The notes: a model not told the origin generated them from the letters alone. Shown: positions 14,213-30,488, counted from the stretch's first letter. The stretch is 64,000 bases of DNA from Eledone cirrhosa (GCA_964016885.1 OZ024760.1:682001-746000), one strand, 5' to 3'. Translations and numbers: made by a program.

Positions 14213-14292
14213 AATATTTCAAAATACTGTTCAAATTTCCTCCTTCTCTGGGAATATACACCCAAATTGTTTCGTTATTTTTCATAGTAAAA

Positions 14293-14503
14293 AGGCGGAA
14301 GATTGGCAGTGCAGGTGGAGCATCCGACAACATGCTTTTAAGTGGGTAGTTACGTCCCTTTATGTTCTGAGTTCAAATCCCACCGTCGATAGCTTCACCA
14401 TTCATAGTTACGGGGCCAATAAAATAAAGTACCAATTGGGGGCCAATTTAACTGACGTTCCTCTCTCTCCCAAAATTGCTGACTTTGTGCCTAAATCAGA
14501 AAA
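14293..14503 (+). mobile_element. Diverged Nin-like SINE
   Basis: GGCGGAAGATTGGCAG...GAGTTCAAATCC...AAAATAAAGTACCA. Confidence 0.75.
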
Positions 14504-14657
14504 CTTCATCTACTGTCATTTTGCTAAAAGTATTTTCATATATATTATAATATCGTTTTGAACATAAAGATGTTCATTCTGATTAACACATTTATAAAGA
14601 TTTATACGAGGTTATACATACTTGCAAGATGATTTTATACACACACACGCAGATATA

Positions 14658-14850
<193 letters not shown>

Positions 14851-14892
14851 ATATATATATATATGTGTGTGTGTGTGTATATATATATATAT

Positions 14893-15071
14893 AGGAACAA
14901 GTATGACTCCGACGGCAGAGCTCAAGCCGTTTCAAGTCCAGAATTAGCCGTCGAAACGGCTTGAGCTCTGCCGTCGGGGTCATACTTGTTCCTATTACTC
15001 ACTCTACTAACCTAAGTATTGAGTACTTTGGTGCGTTATGGTCCATCTGGTTCCTTACCACATTTCCTTCG

Positions 15072-15073
<2 letters not shown>
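14893..15073 (+). mobile_element. Fold-back element, family A
   Basis: Inverted arms with a deletion near the apex; (TA)n flanks. Confidence 0.9.
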
Positions 15074-15156
<83 letters not shown>

Positions 15157-15271
15157 AATATGTATAAATATACATATATATATATGTATGTATACATATG
15201 TATATATATATATTTATATATATTAATTAATTTATTTATTTATTTATATATTATTTATATATAAATCTATA

Positions 15272-15313
<42 letters not shown>

Positions 15314-15607
15314 GTGTATATATATTTGTGTGTGAGTGTGTGTGTATGCATACATATAGATAGACATTCATACATTTGTATACATACCTTCATATACATG
15401 CTTACATATATATATTTACATACACACACATACATGTGTTACATAGATACATACATATAGTACACACATGTGTATATATATATACAAAATTTAGTACACC
15501 ATCATCGAAGCTTCGGTTGCAGCCAAGCTAACGAATGCAATCTCGGTGTGCAGCTAAGCACTCAATAGGGTATATTACCTTAGACTTATAACATTACGTT
15601 TAGACAG

Positions 15608-15934
<327 letters not shown>

Positions 15935-15939
<5 letters not shown>

Positions 15940-16585
15940 AAGAATGAAGAGTAACATGGTTGGCTGTACAAAAAGGGCTTTATTTCAGGTATTAACAATT
16001 GTTTCATTGATCAGGTGAGTCTAGAGGTCGCTAATCACTCGAAGTTGCGTCACTCGATCTCCAATACATTATTTCTGATGTGTTGGCCAGAGGTAAATAA
16101 TGTAATGGAGATCGAATGACCTCTAGACTCACCTGATCAATGAAACAATTGTCAATATCTGAAATAAAGCCCCTTATTGAACAGTCAATCATGTTAGTCT
16201 TCATTATTTCACTACTATTATTATAAGGGCGGTGGATTGGCAGTATCGGTAGAGGGTAGGACGCCATGCTTTCCAGCATAGTTACGTCCCTTTACGATCT
16301 GAGTTCAAATCCCGCCGAGGTTGACTTTGCCTTTCATCCTTACGGGGTCGATAAAATAAAAGTACCAGTAATGCACTGGTAATTGCTGGCCTTGTGCCTA
16401 AAGTAGAAACAATTATTTCACTATTATTTCTCCTACATAGGAATTACCACGAACTCGCTGCCTAACTATGGAAACCTCTTGTTGAGTTAAACAAAGCCGT
16501 ACGTTAAAACTATCCATGACGTAGAGTACTCTCAACATATATATAATAGAGTACTCACAACATATATAATAGAGTACTCACATTA
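15935..16585 (+). mobile_element. Fold-back pLTR-like element with hammerhead 3' half, interrupted by a SINE
   Basis: Inverted arms 15935-~16072 / ~16095-16213; GAAAC-AATT-GTC at 16142-16153 then AATAAA; tail ends in repeated GAGTACTC before (TA)n. Confidence 0.7.
16228..16417 (+). mobile_element. Full-length Nin-like SINE with probable TSD
   Basis: A and B boxes, core and tail; ATTATTTCACTA occurs at 16203-16214 and 16412-16423. Confidence 0.9.
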
Positions 16586-16613
16586 TATATATATATATAT
16601 ATGTATGTATATA

Positions 16614-16678
<65 letters not shown>

Positions 16679-16729
16679 ATATATATATATATATGTATAT
16701 GTATAATGTATACATATATATATATATAT

Positions 16730-16842
16730 AAAATAAAAATACTTGAGTGCATTAGAGTTAAACACACTCGTCGTATTAGAGAAATGACAGTATAAGATAT
16801 AGCTCAATGTTATCAAACAGAGCCGAAAAATTATATAAAATA
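16730..16842 (-). mobile_element. 3' end of the element carrying the 10588 hammerhead
   Basis: Reverse complement of 10670-10775 (TTTTCGGCTCTGTT...CTAATACGACGAGTGTGT...ATGCACTCAAGTATT). Confidence 0.75.
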
Positions 16843-17394
16843 TATAATATATATATATATATAAATATATATACACATTAATATATATTTAGATACATAT
16901 ATATATGTATACCGGTATGTGTGTGTGTGTGTGGTGGGTTGGGGTTGACGGAATTAAGTTGATTGCTTTTCAAGGTAATTAAAGAACTACTTGAATGCTA
17001 TCAAATATCTTCACATTTCTTTGTGGAGATGTCATGAATATTGGTTACTGGAACTCTCATATGTGTATATAATCACTACCATTGCACAGCTATATCTAGA
17101 TGTTTGTATCATATATATTTGTATATTTATATATATATATATATATATGTATATATCAATGTATATATGTATATACGTATATATGTATATATATATATAT
17201 GTATATATATATGTATATATGTATATATGTATATATGTATATATATATGTATATATGTATATATATATGTATATATGTATATATGTATATATGTATATAT
17301 GTATATATATATATGTATATATGTATATATATATGTATATGTGTATATGTATATATGTATATATATATATATATATTATATATATATATGTAAG

Positions 17395-17464
<70 letters not shown>

Positions 17465-17471
17465 ATATATG

Positions 17472-17516
<45 letters not shown>

Positions 17517-17632
17517 TTATATATAGATATATATATGTGTGTGTGTGTATACATACATATATATAAGCATATATACATATATATATACATATATATGTAT
17601 ATAAATATATGTATATATATATAGATAGATAG

Positions 17633-17706
<74 letters not shown>

Positions 17707-17986
17707 ATATATATAAATATAAGTATGTATACGTACATACATATATGTATACAGACGTACAGAGTATGTATATATATATATATATACATGCATGCACACA
17801 TATATATATGTACGTATGGATTCACCGAACATTTATTATAATGCTCGGTGTGTTTGTAAACAAACATCCCGAATTAAGCCGTAGTGTCTAGCAACCTTCG
17901 TTGCTCATTTGTTCAACCCTGACATATTTATATTTAAATAACAACCGTACTAAGAGTGAGAAATGAAATTTCGTTTCATTTTTTCC

Positions 17987-18078
<92 letters not shown>

Positions 18079-18079
<1 letters not shown>

Positions 18080-18264
18080 ACGAAGGAAATGTGGTAAGGA
18101 ACCAGGTGGACCATAACGCACCAAAGTACTCAATACTTAGGGTAGTAGAGTGGGTAATAGGAACCAGTAAGACCCCGACGGCTCAGCTCAAGCCGTTTCG
18201 ACGGCTAATTCTGGACTTAGCCGTCGAAACGGCTTGAACTCAGCCGTCGGGTCTTACTGATTCC

Positions 18265-18265
<1 letters not shown>
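18079..18265 (-). mobile_element. Fold-back element, family A
   Basis: Same family in reverse orientation; (TA)n flanks. Confidence 0.9.
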
Positions 18266-18312
<47 letters not shown>

Positions 18313-18649
18313 AATATATATATGTATGTGTGTAGAGACAGAGAGAGGAAAGCAGGACCAGTATGTTTATATGTAAAGAAGGAAAGATAAGAGCAACATA
18401 CTTTGGCAGAGTCGGTAGAGTATCGAACATAATGGGTTTACGGTAGTATATATATATATATATACACAATATATACAATATATATATATATATGTGGGGG
18501 GGGGGGGTATGCCTGTGTGTGTGTGTGTGTGGGTTGGTGTATGTCTGTGTGTGCGTGTGTGTATGTATATATATATTTGTATATATGTATATATACATAT
18601 ATATATGTAAATATATATATATATAGATATATATATATGTATATATATG

Positions 18650-18686
<37 letters not shown>

Positions 18687-18718
18687 TATATATACATATG
18701 TATATATATATATATGTA

Positions 18719-18856
<138 letters not shown>

Positions 18857-18860
18857 CATG

Positions 18861-18941
<81 letters not shown>

Positions 18942-18944
<3 letters not shown>

Positions 18945-19131
18945 AACAAGTAAGACCCCGACGGCTGAGCTCAAGCCGTTTCGACGGCTAATCGAGTACA
19001 GAATTAACCGTCGAAACGGCTTGAGCTCAGCCGTCGGGGTCTTACTTGTTCCTATTACCCACTCTACTACCCTAAGTATTGAGTACTTTGGTGCGTTATG
19101 GTCCACCTGGTTCCTTACCACATTTCCTTCG

Positions 19132-19133
<2 letters not shown>
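18942..19133 (+). mobile_element. Fold-back element, family A
   Basis: Inverted arms, apex ATCGAGTACAGAAT. Confidence 0.9.
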
Positions 19134-19184
<51 letters not shown>

Positions 19185-19226
19185 TAAGCATATATACACA
19201 GATATATATATATATATATACACACA

Positions 19227-19304
<78 letters not shown>

Positions 19305-19459
19305 CGTCTGTGTGCGTTTCTGATATACAACTCACCTTATTCAATACATAAGATTTATATGAGTAATTTTACACCTGTAAAGGAACAATTAAATTTAACG
19401 TGTGTACTTAGATGTACGTATGTATGTGTATGTGTACACACATATATATATATATATTT

Positions 19460-19550
<91 letters not shown>

Positions 19551-19566
19551 TATGTATATATATTTT

Positions 19567-19604
<38 letters not shown>

Positions 19605-19673
19605 TATGTATATATATAAATAATTATAATAACTATTTGCGTTCCATTATTATTATATATATATATATATATC

Positions 19674-19843
19674 TGGCAGTATCGGTAGAGGGTCGGACGC
19701 CATGCTTTGCAGCACAGTTACGTCCCTTTACGGACTGAGTTCAAATCCCGCTGAGGTTAACTTTGCCTTTCATCCTTACGGGGTCGATAAAATATAGGAC
19801 CAGTAATACACTGGGTAATTGTGCGAAAAGTAGAAACAATTAT
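19674..19843 (+). mobile_element. Nin-like SINE
   Basis: A-box, B-box and core. Confidence 0.85.
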
Positions 19844-19898
19844 TATATTAATATTACTTATAATTTTTCATATATATCATGTATATATATATATATAT

Positions 19899-20099
19899 AG
19901 GAACAAGTAAGACCCCGACGGCTGAGCTCAAGCCGTTTCGACCGCTAATTCTGTACTTGCAGTACAGAATTAGCCGTCGAAACGGCTTGAGCTCAGCCGT
20001 CGGGGTCTTACTTGTTCCTATTACCCACTCTACTACCCTAAGTATTGAGTACTTTGGTGCGTTATGGTCCACCTGGTTCCTTATCACATTTCCTTCGTT
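19899..20099 (+). mobile_element. Fold-back element, family A
   Basis: Inverted arms, apex CTGTACTTGCAGTACAG. Confidence 0.9.
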
Positions 20100-20442
20100 A
20101 TATATATATATATATATATCATACATATATATAGACATACTAATCAGCTCTTTACGAAAAGTGGAAATTCCTTTCCATGTATAATTTAGATATTACTGAA
20201 TGTGTGAAATATATATATATATATATATATATAGATATTAACACATATATATATATATATATATATATACGTGTGTGTGTAATTATATTAATATTATTCA
20301 TAATTTTCCATGCATCATTCATCATTTAGTTTTATTAAAACTAAATTTGACAGACTTTATACGTATATTTGACATATATATATATATAGGATGTAACTAT
20401 CAACATCCTATATTTATATATACACAATATATATGCATATAT

Positions 20443-20550
<108 letters not shown>

Positions 20551-20697
20551 TATATTTTATATATTTAGATATATATATATGTATATTATACATATATATA
20601 TATATTGTACATACATACATATATTTATTATATATTCATTCTTTTCTCTGCGAAATCTACTATTTTAAATGCATCTATCTATCCATCCACACATACA

Positions 20698-20758
<61 letters not shown>

Positions 20759-20935
20759 ATGTATATAACCTTACCGATCAACAAAATATAAGCTTAAATG
20801 TGCCTACCTTACCGCGTAGAATAAATTTGTCATGTTACATAAACTTTGAAATTCAAATTAATATCAAAACAAAACAATTTCTAGTGTGTGTATGTATGTG
20901 TGTGTATGTCTGTGTGTGTGTGTATGTGTATGTAT

Positions 20936-21575
20936 GTCGGGTCACTCTTGAATGCTACTGGTATCATGTAACCCATTACAAGCTGTCGCGTGGTCGGCTC
21001 GTCAGCGACTAAACCGGTAACCCACCAAGTTTACTTAGTGAGGGGGGTGATTCTGGACACCCTGCAGGACAAAAAACAAAACCTGACAAAGGGCGGAAGA
21101 AACCATATGAGTCCACGGCCATCCAAAAATGTGTAAATATATATATATATACATGTGTATGTATGTATACATATATATGTATATATGTATATATGTATAT
21201 ACATGTAAATATATGTATATATATGCGCGGGGACATAAAAATAGTCGGGCTGAACCCCTCGCCTGGTTAAACCATTGGGAGTGAAGGACCCCTAGTCTTT
21301 CTCAGAGCATTCTTCTAGGAGAAGGCAATTCAGAAAACTGGGGTAACTCCAACATAAAACCTGCGGCTCAGTAGTTACCGATGATGTTGATCTTTTCTTC
21401 TTTTCGGGTTATAGCTACTGTCAGAGAGTGGGATTGGCTCAGTGCACAGTCTTAAAAAAAAATCTTTATGCACAGGCATTGCACGATGGCATTAATTGAT
21501 AACTATTAATAATGTTATATCGTGCAATGGCCATACTCGATATCGGGGGGGGGGGGGGGGGGGGGCAGCCATCAT
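20936..21575 (+). mobile_element. Non-autonomous RTE-derived element (type 2)
   Basis: Shared head GTC(A/G)GGTCAC...GCGACTAAACCGG...; homologous to 55873-56477; ends GCCATCAT + (GTAT)n. Confidence 0.7.
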
Positions 21576-21607
21576 GTATATATGTATATATGTATGTATG
21601 TATGTAT

Positions 21608-22129
21608 GTCAGGTCGCTACTGGTAACATGTAACCCAGTACAACCTCATCGTCGGGTCGTCGGCGAGTAAACCGGCAATCCCACCAAGCTAGCTTGGTGA
21701 GGAGGGTGATATTTGGACACCCTGTGGGATGAAATACAAGATCCGACAAAGAGCGGAGGGACTCAGCAGAGTCAACGACCATCCAAATAGTAGTTTTTTT
21801 TTGTTTTCTTTTTTTCACCTGATAGTGAAAGGGCCCTAGTTGTTGTCACATCACCTTTCTAGGAGAGGGAAACTCTAGAAATAAACCTGCGGCTTCGGAA
21901 GCATCCGATGATGTTGACTAGTTCTCCGTTTCGGGTAGTGTTTTCGATGTTCATAGAGTGGGATTAGTCGACTGCAAGGCCTTTACCCACTTAAAAACCT
22001 TCAAAGCACAGACATTGCTTGTTCAGGACCTGTTACAGGTTCGTGTGGCTGGCTGTAGCCTAAAAGTGCACCAAACTCTATAATCTGACAAAGGATTGCA
22101 ATACTGTTAGCAGAGTTTTCAGCCAACAT
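21608..22129 (+). mobile_element. Non-autonomous RTE-derived element (type 3)
   Basis: Same head, different 3' part; begins in the (TATG)n tail of the previous element. Confidence 0.65.
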
Positions 22130-22194
22130 GTGTGTATGTGTGTGCGTGTTGGTATATACGTGTAAAAATTATGTATTGTAGTTGTACCCAACAG

Positions 22195-22850
22195 GGCTGT
22201 GGATTGGCAGTAACGATAGGCCGTGGTACAATATTCGTTGTGACAAACTACTATTGCGATGTTTGTTTAGGTTCTGTACGTTCTGAGTTAAAATCCCGCC
22301 GATGTTAGCTGTGCCTTTCAGCCTTGCGGGGTCGATACAATAAAGTACTAGTAACGATTTAACCGTCTTTCCCTTCCCCGCCAAAACTGTTAACCTTGTG
22401 CCTAAATCAGAAACTATTATCATCATTGTCATCATTATTATTGATCAGTAGAGGGTCGGACGCCATGCTTTGCAACATAGAGTTACAGCCCTTTATAATC
22501 TGAGTTCAAATCCCGCCGATGTTAACTTTGCCTTTCATCCTTACGGGGTCGATAAAATAAAGTACCAGTAATGTACTGAGATAATTGCTGGCCTTGTGCC
22601 AAAAATGGAAACAATTGCTATTGGCAGTATCGATAGAGCGTCGGACAACACGATTTGTGACATATAGTTACGCCCCTTTGTTTTCTAAGTTCAAATCACG
22701 CCTAGGTTAGCTTTTTTTATGTTTTCATCCTTTTTTTTTCATCCGGGGGTCGATAAAATAAAGCAGCATTAACACACTGGGGTCGATTTAATCGACTTTC
22801 CCCTTTCCCAAAATTGTTCGCCTTGTGCTTAAATCAGAAACTCTTATTAT
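22195..22850 (+). mobile_element. Three tandem Nin-like SINE copies
   Basis: Copies at ~22195-22420, 22446-22617 and 22621-22850, each with B-box/core similarity. Confidence 0.8.
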
Positions 22851-23059
22851 CCACATCATCATCATCATCATCCGCGTCATCATCATAATCATCATCAATA
22901 TCATCATCATCATCATCACTCTCATCATTGTTATGGTTTTAATTTTTTCTCGCTGCTAAAAATATCTTCCTACAATATACAGCTGGTTACCGTCCTGAAA
23001 AATCGTTAAGGTTTACACAGAAACGTAATATGTTTTCTGAAATCTGATGAAGACCACAA

Positions 23060-24055
23060 ATACCACCACCACCGGCCCCATTACTTACACCACCACCACC
23101 ACCACATGCCCCATTACTTACACCACCAGCACCACCACCACAGGCCCCATTACTTACACCACCAGCACCACCGGCCCCATTACTTACACCACCAGCACCA
23201 CCACCACAGGCCCCATTACTTACACCACCAGCACCACCGACCCCATTACTTACACCACCAGCACCACCACCACAGGCCCCATTACTTACACCACCAGCAC
23301 CACCGGCCCCATTACTTACACCACCATCACCATCACCATCAACGCCATTACTTACACCACCACCACCGGCCCCATTACTTACACCACCACCACCACCAGC
23401 ACCACCGGCCCCATTACTTACACCACCATCCCCATCAACACCATCACCAGCACCATTACTAACACCACCATCACCCCCACCATCAGCACAATTACTGACA
23501 CCACCAAAACCATCACCAGCATTTCCACCAACACCAACACAACTAACACCATCAACGCCATCGCCACCACCGGCACCATTACCATCATTAGCATTGTCAC
23601 CAACACCATTACTAACACAACCCCCAACACTACCACCACCAACACCACCACCGTCACCACCAACACCACTACCGTCACCACCAACACCACCACCGTCACC
23701 ACCAACACCACCACCGTCACCACCAACACCACCATCACCAACACCACCATCACCAACAACACCACATCACCAACACCACCAGCACCACCACCATCAACAC
23801 CAACAGCACCAGCACCACTACCACCAATACCACCATTACTAACACAACCCCCAACACTACCACCACATCGTCACCACCAACACCACCATCACCGACACCA
23901 CCGCCACCACCACCACCGCCACCACCACCACCACCACCACCATCAACACCAGCACTAACACCATCACCACCACCAACAACACCAGCACCATCACCACCAA
24001 CATCAACACCACCATCACCAACACCACCATCACCACCAACAACACCACCAACACA
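23060..24055. repeat. (CAC)n-based minisatellite and low-complexity tract
   Basis: ACCACCGGCCCCATTACTTACACC units of 33-39 bp (23067-23425), then degenerate CAC/CAA repeats. Confidence 0.9.
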
Positions 24056-24089
24056 AACGAAAGAAAGAAGGGGGTACTTGGAAAAAACA

Positions 24090-24379
24090 AAATCACAACA
24101 ACCATTACAGCAACAGTAACCACAACAACCATCACAACAACCGTCACAACAACTATGACAACAACTATCACAGGAACAGTCACAACAACAGTCACAGCAA
24201 CTATCACAACAATCATAACAATAGTCACAACAACCATCACAACAACATCAATAATAACAACAGCAACAGTAGCAACAGTAACCACAACAAAGACAACCGC
24301 AATAACAACAGTAACAACATCAATTATAACAAACAACAATAATACCCCTGACAACAACAACAACAACAACAACAACAGT

Positions 24380-24411
<32 letters not shown>

Positions 24412-25360
24412 CCACAGTAGCAAGTCACAACAACAACAACAACAGTAACAGTTGCAACAACAACTATAACAACAACAGTACCAACAACAGTAACAACAAC
24501 AGTAACACCAACAACAGTAACAACAACAACAACTATAACAACAACAGTAACAACAACAACAGTAACAACAACAACAGTAACAACAACAACAACTATAACA
24601 ACAACAGTAACAACAACAGTAACAACAACAACAGCAACAACAACAACAACAACAACAACTATAACAACAACAGTAACAACAACAACAGTAACAACAACAG
24701 TAACAACAACAGTAACAACAACAGTAACAACAACAACAGTAACAACAACAGTAACAACAACAGTAACAACAACAACAGTAACAACAGTAACAACAACAAC
24801 AACTATAACAACAACAGTAACAACAACAACAATAACAACAACAGTTACAACAACAGTAACAACAACAACAGTAACAACAACAACAACAACAACAACAGTA
24901 ACAACAACAACAGTAACAACAACAACAGTAACAACAACAACAACAACAGTAACAACAACAACAGTAACAACAACAGTAACAACAACAACAACTATAACAA
25001 CAGTAACAACAACAACAGTAACAACAACAACAGTAACAACAACAACAACAACAGTAACAACAACAACAGTAACAACAACAACAGTAACAACAACAGTAAC
25101 AACAACAACAACTATAACAACAGTAACAACAACAACAGTAACAACAACAACAACAACAACAACAACAGTAACAACAACAACAGTAACAACAACAGTAACA
25201 ACAACAACAACTATAACAACAGTAACAACAACAACAGTAACAACAACAACAGTAACAACAACAACAACAACAACAACAGTAACAACAACAACAGTAACAA
25301 CAACAGTAACAACAACAACAACTATAACAACAGTAACAACAACAACAGTAACAACAACGC
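24090..25360. repeat. (AAC)n cryptic trinucleotide repeat with AGT/TAT interruptions
   Basis: Direct inspection. Confidence 0.95.
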
Positions 25361-25523
25361 CCTAAATAAAAACACTAAACAATAAACATATGTATAAAAT
25401 ATGCAAGATTATGAAAAACTGAACACCTGATGCAAAGAAGCAGCTCTTTAAATTTCTTATGGTTATTGGTAAGTTAAACCATTCTCTCTCGCGCTCTCTC
25501 TCTCTCTCTCGCTCTCTCTCTTG

Positions 25524-25566
<43 letters not shown>

Positions 25567-25746
25567 GTACACTCCTCTTTTCTCTCCCTTCTTCTTTCTT
25601 TCCGTCTCTCTCTCTGCCTCTCCAACTCTCTCCGTCTGTGTGTATATGTATACATACATATACATATAATATATATATATATATATACATACATATATAT
25701 ATATATGTGTGTGTGTGTATGTGTATATATATATATGTGTGTGTGA

Positions 25747-25810
<64 letters not shown>

Positions 25811-25907
25811 GTATCTATGTATATATGTATATAAACATCACAGTAACCTTGCTTCTGTACGGTTATTTTTTTAAAGTTTTCCGCCATTACTATACAAATG
25901 ATATGCG

Positions 25908-25999
<92 letters not shown>

Positions 26000-26228
26000 T
26001 ATATATATAATTAAATAGATATAGATATAGATATATATATACAGATAGATAGATAGATAGATAGATAGATATATGCTCATTCAAGTCTTTCACGAGTTTA
26101 CAGTAAGGTAGGTAGCGAGATATAGATATACTCGAGAGAGTGATAGAAAAAGATCGGCGACATTGAAACGCATATAAGCATACACAGGCATATACATACA
26201 TACATACATACATACATACATACATACA

Positions 26229-26262
<34 letters not shown>

Positions 26263-26817
26263 GCATATAAATATATATCAATGTATATATATGTATGTAT
26301 ATATATACATATATATATATATGTATATTCCACTAGGTTGCGTGTTTTACTAATTATGAAATACGAGTGTGCTATTGAGTTGCTAGACTTATTATAGCTT
26401 AAAAAATATAAGTTTAAAAGAAAAAAAAGCCCGAACGACAAAATTCTAATGTAGTGTAACACGTTTTGTAATGGTGGCTTCAATTTTCATGTTTGGCGAA
26501 AGATTGAAAACTGGAGAGAATACGCTTGAGTAGGCAGAGAGTTTCGTGTTCCCGTCTTTTTTTCCTCCCCCAATATATCACGAAGGAGTTGAGAACGATA
26601 TACCAACAACAAAGAAGCATTCAGAAATATTTACTTGTAAAAAAAATGAAAATATTTCAGAGCCAGTTTCGAATCTTGTTTGAAAAAAAAACTTCCCAAT
26701 ATTTGTCCTGGTTTAATTTCTTTTATATTTAAAAAAAAATGTTTTAAAAATTATTTAATATATTTCATGAAATAGATGCAATATCATTCAAACAGGCTGA
26801 CACAAACATATATGCAT

Positions 26818-26848
<31 letters not shown>

Positions 26849-26891
26849 CGATATATTAACAAATGGAAACTATATTTATAAAACCATATTT

Positions 26892-26954
26892 ATTTCATTA
26901 TACATATTTCAAGGACACCAAGTTAAATTATGGTGCGCTTTCATCAGATAAAAT
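26892..26954 (-). ncRNA. Type I hammerhead ribozyme motif
   Basis: Minus strand ATTTTAT-CTGATGA-AAGcGCACCA(taatttaact)TGGTGTcCTT-GAAAT-atgt-ATA-ATGAAAT, AUA site, followed by AATAAA. Host element ~26848-27032 repeats at 36508-36692. Confidence 0.85.
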
Positions 26955-27027
26955 ATAATGTAGATCAGTTTTATAAATAAATATTGACATACCCTTAAAG
27001 AATGCGACCATTTCTGTTGGAAGCTCC

Positions 27028-27148
<121 letters not shown>

Positions 27149-27651
27149 CTTTGATAGGTTTCAGCCAGTATTGGCCTAAGCCATGTCTAACTTAATAGCA
27201 CCACCTGGCAAATATATGATATATATATATATAATATATATATAATATATATGTCAAGGTCGGTGCTCCAGCATGGCCTCAGCCGGATGGCTGAAACAGG
27301 TAAAAGAGTAAAAGAATATATATATATTGTATATATGTATGTATGTGTATATATGTGTATATATATACATATATATGTGTGTATATATATGTATACATAT
27401 GTATATATAATGTATACATATATATATGCATATATATAATGTATATATGTGTGTGTGTGTGTGTGTGTGAGTGTGTGTATTTCGTATAGAAATGACTTCT
27501 ACAAGATTACAAATGTTTTATTCATTTGAAATCATCAAAAAAAGTTGACTGTGCTGTTGATTCTAAAGGAATGGCACGGGTCTAGACGTGTAAGAGTCAT
27601 TTCTATATGAAATAAATATGAACTTCTCTACTAATGTATTGAGTACCTTAG

Positions 27652-28385
27652 TGAAGGCGTCTGGCATTGTGGTTAGAGCGTTGGGCTTGCGATCGTGAGG
27701 TGGTGTGTTTGATCCTCAAACCGGATGATGCGTTGTGTCCTTGAACAAGACTTCTTATTTCAAATTGCTCAGCTGTAGAAATGAGTTGTGACGTCACTGG
27801 TGTCAAGCTGTATTGACCATTGCCTTTCTCTTGGACAACACCATATATAAACTGTACATATACTGTACATAGTGTATATATAATCTAAGTAGTAAATATA
27901 TATGTGGTGTATATATCAGTAGCGGTGTCACTTGGGCCAAGCTGTATCGGCCATTGCCTTTCCCTTGGACAACGCCTTATATATACTGTACATAGTGTGT
28001 ATATAATGTACATAGTGTATATATAATCTAAGTAGTAAATATATATGTGGTGTATATATCAGTTGCGGTGTCACTTGGGCCAAGCTGTATCGGCCATTGC
28101 CTTTCCCTTGGACAACGCCTAATATATACTGTACATAGTGTGTATATAATGTACATAGTGTATATATAATGTAAGTAGTGTATATATAATATATATGTGG
28201 TGTATATATCAGTTGCGACGTCACTGGTGCCAAACCTTTGCCTTTCCCTTGGATAACATCGGTGACGTGGAGAGCGGAGACTGGTATGTATGGGAGACTT
28301 CTGGTCTTCCATAAACAACCCAGCCCGGCCTTATGCTTCAGGAGGGAACTTTCTAGGTCCAAATCCCGAGGTCTTCTCCCTTTCA
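27652..28385 (+). mobile_element. tRNA-derived SINE (second family) with internal ~120-bp tandem amplification
   Basis: Head TGGCATTGTGGTTAG...GTTTGATCC and core GTTGTGTCCTTGAACAAGAC; GTCACT..GCCAAGCTGTATCGGCCATTGCCTTTCCCTTGGACAAC + TA-rich spacer repeated ~4x (27790-28260). Confidence 0.7.
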
Positions 28386-28732
28386 CCTTAGTTAACTGTG
28401 GCTATACTTCCGTTCCTCTTTAGAAAACCATTCCTAATTATTTGATAATTCTGTGAGTGTGCAGGTGAAACTCCAGAGTAACAAGACTCACTATTTGGCC
28501 ATAATCAATTAATATTGTCAATACAATTTAATAGGAAAAGGAAAAAAATAGATTGAGAAGAAAGAATGGGATGTAAATAAGAAAATATTAAAAACGGAAA
28601 AAGAAGGGAAAAGCAAGGGTTCTAATGTCTAAATTCTACTTTGGTATTGAGTACTTTTTCTCACGCCCGTTAAGATGAGGAAGAAGACGACGACAAAGGG
28701 TTTTTAATTAAAAGCTGTATTACTACTGTATT

Positions 28733-29260
28733 AATTGTCTCTACTTTTGGCACAAGGCCAGCAATTATTCCAGTGTATTACTGGTACTTTATTTGATCTA
28801 CCCCGTAAGGATGAAAGGCAAAGTTAACATCGGCGGGATTTGAACTCGGAACTTAAAGGGCCGTAACTCTATGCTGTAACACAGGGCGTCCGACGCTCCC
28901 CCAATACTGCTAACTGCAACTATAATAATTGTTTCTACTTTAGGCACAAGGCCAGCAATTACACAGTGCATTACTGGTACTTTATTTTATCGACCCCGTA
29001 AGGATGAAAAGCAAAGTCAACCTCGGCGGGATTTGAACTCAGATCGTAAAGGGACGTAACTATGCTGGAAAGCATGGCGTCCGACCCTCTACCGATACTG
29101 CCAATCCACTGCAACTATAATAATGGTTTCTGATTTAGGTACAGCAATTTCGGGAGAGGGGGAAAGTTGATGAAATCACACCAGTGCATTACTGGTACTT
29201 TACTTTATCAACCCCGTAAGGATTAAAGGCAATGCTAACCTCGGCGGGATTTGAACTCAG
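28733..29260 (-). mobile_element. Three tandem Nin-like SINE copies
   Basis: Copies at 28733-28917, 28927-29112 and 29121-29260. Confidence 0.85.
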
Positions 29261-29642
29261 TAGAAGAAGGCGGAGGAAGAGAAAGCGGAGGAGGATAAGC
29301 AACGATGAGGACGCCATCATGGACCAAATCCCTATAGTATATTTAGAAAAAACAACAACACATAAATGTGAAGTTCTCATCTTGAAATGAATCAGGTTGT
29401 AGGTTGAGTTGTAAAATAGTTCAGTTGAAATCTTCGTTTGATGTGTTCAAGTGTGCCGGGTGCCATAATTATATCGGGTTTAGAAAGAAAATCATACTAT
29501 TAAGAAGTAATTAAGGATTTTACGGACATGAAAATATATATAATTAGCGGCATTCATTTCATTTCCACAAATATATAGATAGACGCCCTCTCGCACACAC
29601 CCATGTGTATATACACACATAGACACATGTGCGCACACACAC

Positions 29643-29780
<138 letters not shown>

Positions 29781-29785
29781 ATATG

Positions 29786-29859
<74 letters not shown>

Positions 29860-29882
29860 CATACATATATATATATACATAC

Positions 29883-29913
<31 letters not shown>

Positions 29914-30355
29914 CATACATATATATATACATACATACATATATATATATACATATATACATATATATATTTACATACATATATATATATATATGAATAT
30001 ATGTATATGAATATATATATATATATATATGTATATATTCATTCAGAAGCTCACACCCACACGTGCAGTCACACACTGATATGCAATAATAAATATCGCA
30101 GTTTTTGTGATGGTTAATTTCTAAATATATTTAAAATTCTATGTATATATATATATTTGTGTGTGTGTGTGTATCTGTGTGTGTCTGTGTGTGTGCGTGT
30201 GTGTGTGTGTGTGTTTGTGTGTGCGTACGCTGTTATTTTATCAGCGTATCGTTTATCACATATAGATGTAAAGATTCTCTTTTCCATTTCTTTTTCTTTT
30301 TCTTTTTCTTAGTACATATCTATCTAGCTATCCATCCATCTCTCTCTTTCTCTCT

Positions 30356-30409
<54 letters not shown>

Positions 30410-30413
30410 GGGG

Positions 30414-30486
<73 letters not shown>

Positions 30487-30488
<2 letters not shown>

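Noticed and set aside
23044-23052. CTGATGA as a hammerhead core
   Set aside because: No stem II, GAAA or stem I partner downstream.
23047-23958. 303-aa Thr-rich mucin-like ORF
   Set aside because: CAC-based minisatellite that is open in several frames; no signal peptide or splice support.
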